Source: Octopus bimaculoides (lineage: Eukaryota). From it: a stretch of 64,000 nt of DNA. Under the pieces are notes generated by a model. That model was not told where the DNA came from, searched no databases, and saw nothing but the letters and a program-made list of their open reading frames with translations. Shown one piece after another: positions 61,865 to 64,000 of the stretch. The first letter of the stretch is position 1, and each line of letters begins with the position of its first letter. The translations under genes and the position numbers were made by a program. The stretch covers positions 17,878,259-17,942,258 of the forward strand of contig NC_069006.1 in assembly GCF_001194135.2 (NCBI RefSeq), read 5' to 3'.

Positions 61865-62130
61865 TCACCATCATCATTATCATTCAACATCCATTTACCA
61901 TGATGGCATGGGTTGGACAGCTTGGCAGGAACTGGCAAGGCCAGGGGTCACACTAGGATTCCATAGTTTGATTTGGTTTGGTTTTTACGGCTGGATGCCC
62001 TTCCTAATGCCAGCTATTTTACAGAGTGTACTCGGTGATTTTTATGTGGCACCATCACCAGTGCTTTTATGTGTCACCAGCACCCACATCACCAGTGCTT
62101 TTTATGCAGCACCTTGGTTTTCTCTTGTGG
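61865..62130 (-). mobile_element. Family E fragment, diverged
   Basis: (CAT)n-TTCAACATCCATTTACCATGATGGCATGGGTTGGAC. Confidence 0.75.
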
Positions 62131-62184
62131 TTGTAGGTCTTCTTGAGTACAACAATTACACCACATATCTCAGTCTTCTGTTGT

Positions 62185-62578
62185 AGTTAAGAAATTGGCT
62201 TCCCAACCACATGGATTTAGCTTCAGTTCTGCTGCAAGATACTTTGGGGAGGTGTCTTTTGCTACAGCCCTGGACCAACCAAAACCTTGTGAGTGGATTT
62301 GATAGATGGAAACTGAAAGAAACTTGTTGTATATGAATATGTATATATGTGTGTGTATCTTAGTGTCTGTGTTTGTCCCCACTACCACTTCACAACCAGT
62401 GTTGATGTGTTTATATCCTCATAACTTAGCAGTCCAGCAAAAGACGCTGATAGAATAAGTACCTGGCTTTAAAAAAATAATTATTGGAGTTGTGTTGTTT
62501 GACTAAAAAATTCTTCAGGTCAATGTGCTCCAGAATGGCTGCAGTCTAATGACTGCAACAAGTAAAAGATAAAAGATA
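62185..62578. mobile_element. SINE family A, full length (sense)
   Basis: Head CTTCCCAACCACATGG to tail GTAAAAGATAAAAGA. Confidence 0.82.
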
Positions 62579-62944
62579 GGTGTATGTGTGTAGTTGTGAG
62601 TGTCACCATCATACAGTTGATGTTCTTCATTTCCAATCTTCCTTAAAAACATGTCTGGTCATGGAGAAATATTAACTTGGAGATAGGAGAGGGCATCTGG
62701 CTGTAGAAAATCTACCTCAACAAATTCCATCCAACCCATGAGAGTATAGACCTGTTAAATGGTCTAACTCATACCAGCATGGAGACCAGACATTAAATTA
62801 TGATGATGTATTGTCCATCTGATGGACTCTATCACTTGTGGCTGCAACAGTGGTCTTGGTCTCGTAAAACTCAGTTTAAATTTTTTTTTTCTGGAAGTTG
62901 TTTATCATTCACCTCACCCTGTATTATATCAATTACACCTGCTA

Positions 62945-63310
62945 CTAAAAGGTGATGAGCTGGCAAAATCGTTAACATCCCAGAAAAAATGCTAAGCAGA
63001 ATTTCTTCCAACTTTGTTCTGGGTTCAAATTCTGCCAGGGTCGACTTTACCTTTCATAAGTACCAGTTAATCACTGGGGTCGATGTAAGTTGGAACCAAT
63101 ATTATTTTTAAGGCTGTGAGCTGGCAGAATCATTAGTACACCGAGCAAAATGCTGTGGCATTTTATCTGTCTTTATGTGCTGAGTTCAAATTCTGCCAAG
63201 GTCAACTTTGCCTTTCATCCTTTTGAGGTCAGTAAAATAAGTAGCAGTTATTCACTGGGGTCCATGTCACTAACTTACTCTCTCCCCCGAAATTTGAAAC
63301 CAATACCACA
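62945..63310 (+). mobile_element. Two consecutive family D SINEs
   Basis: Heads AAGGTGATGAGCTGGC (about 62949) and AAGGCTGTGAGCTGGCAG (about 63110). Confidence 0.8.
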
Positions 63311-63594
63311 CCTGCTGCATCTGTGTTCAACCATCAATAATTTAATACATTGACCATACAACAGTGGTGATGGTTTTTATTATTATTATTACTCATTTTC
63401 ATTAAACTCAAGTGCAGAATTCAGTGTCTAAATATTTTCAACCAATAGATTATTTAAACGAATTTAATTTATCACCAACCCCTAAAGGGGTGAAAGGAAA
63501 TGTTTACCTTATTGGAATTTGAACATAGAACACAAAACTGGAAAAAATGCCACTAAGCAGAATGTCCAAGCGGTCATTTGTTTCTTAGTATCAA

Positions 63595-63830
63595 GATCAA
63601 TGATAGACCTGTTTACGCTTTAGATCGAGTTTCCTCAATCTGTACAGATGTTCCTCCAATAATCCCGGTCCTCCGTTGCAGACTTCAACTCCGGGATCTG
63701 ATAAGCCACTGTCAATCATTGGTCTGTCAACATATGTTGTAGCCAGTCAACCTCTACTCTCATAGCCATGCATTGGCTCCCAGAGTAGCAGATCCTTGAT
63801 GCCTTTGTTCCTTACAGTTAATGCGGCTGT
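63595..63830 (-). mobile_element. Decayed RTE-clade LINE 3' end (fourth lineage)
   Basis: Minus strand reads KDLLLWEPMHGYESRG*LATTYVDRPMIDSGL, then shifted ELKSATEDRDYWRNI, the LLW.P.HG..RGRP..TY.D..D.G..EL..M.DR..WR motif. Confidence 0.78.
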
Positions 63831-64000
63831 TGTTTATCCCTGCCCCTTTAGGGCAGCCTTAATATATCCGAGATGTTATAGTTTTAGATCTCCCAGGTTG
63901 GCTCTGATCCAACTTGTTGTTGTTTTATTGATCATCATCATCATCAACAGTAGCTTCGTTTGGGTCTGCTTTTTATCTTTTGTTTTCTTTTATCCCTTGT

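Overview
AT-rich eukaryotic draft-assembly DNA with 15 N-gaps (about 7 kb by eye), dense in microsatellites and interspersed repeats. The repeat families and microsatellite spectrum suggest an octopus/coleoid cephalopod genome (inference from recognition; not database-checked). I found no convincing host protein-coding exon, so this looks like a gene desert or large intron. Working labels for recurrent repeats: A = tRNA-headed SINE (GGCGTGGCTGTGTGGTAAGAAG...GGTTCAGTCCC ... GACTGAAACAAGTAAAAGA tail); B = tRNA-headed SINE with CORE-like middle and GCGATGGACTGGCGTCCCGTCCAG tail; C = SINE with GAGCGAAAACACCTAAAGCTCC body and GACGGAGTGCC(AAC)n tail; D = tRNA-headed SINE AAGGCGGCGAGCTGGCAGAATCG...AGAAAGG(ATT)n; E = 3' UTR of an RTE LINE ending GGACGTTAAAC(GAT)n; F = headless SINE-like repeat ending GGGCTAAAC(AAC)n; H and I = TTAA-flanked piggyBac-like MITEs; J = TA-flanked mariner-type MITE. 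Decayed autonomous-element fragments come from four RTE-clade LINE lineages, three restriction-like-endonuclease (RLE) non-LTR lineages (HERO-like, R4/Dong-like, and a second R4-related type present as a tandem pair) and one maT/DD37D-like Tc1/mariner transposase. Main leads: a 41-bp-stem hairpin (31070-31170), a 25-bp perfect hairpin tied to the Dong-like 3' UTR, a TSD-bracketed 5'-inverted RTE, a TSD-bracketed domain-swapped SINE, (ATT)n-targeting by SINE D, a minisatellite frame with KR every 10 residues, and repeat-free islands rich in CpG and homeodomain motifs. All coordinates were read by eye; repeat edges are approximate.
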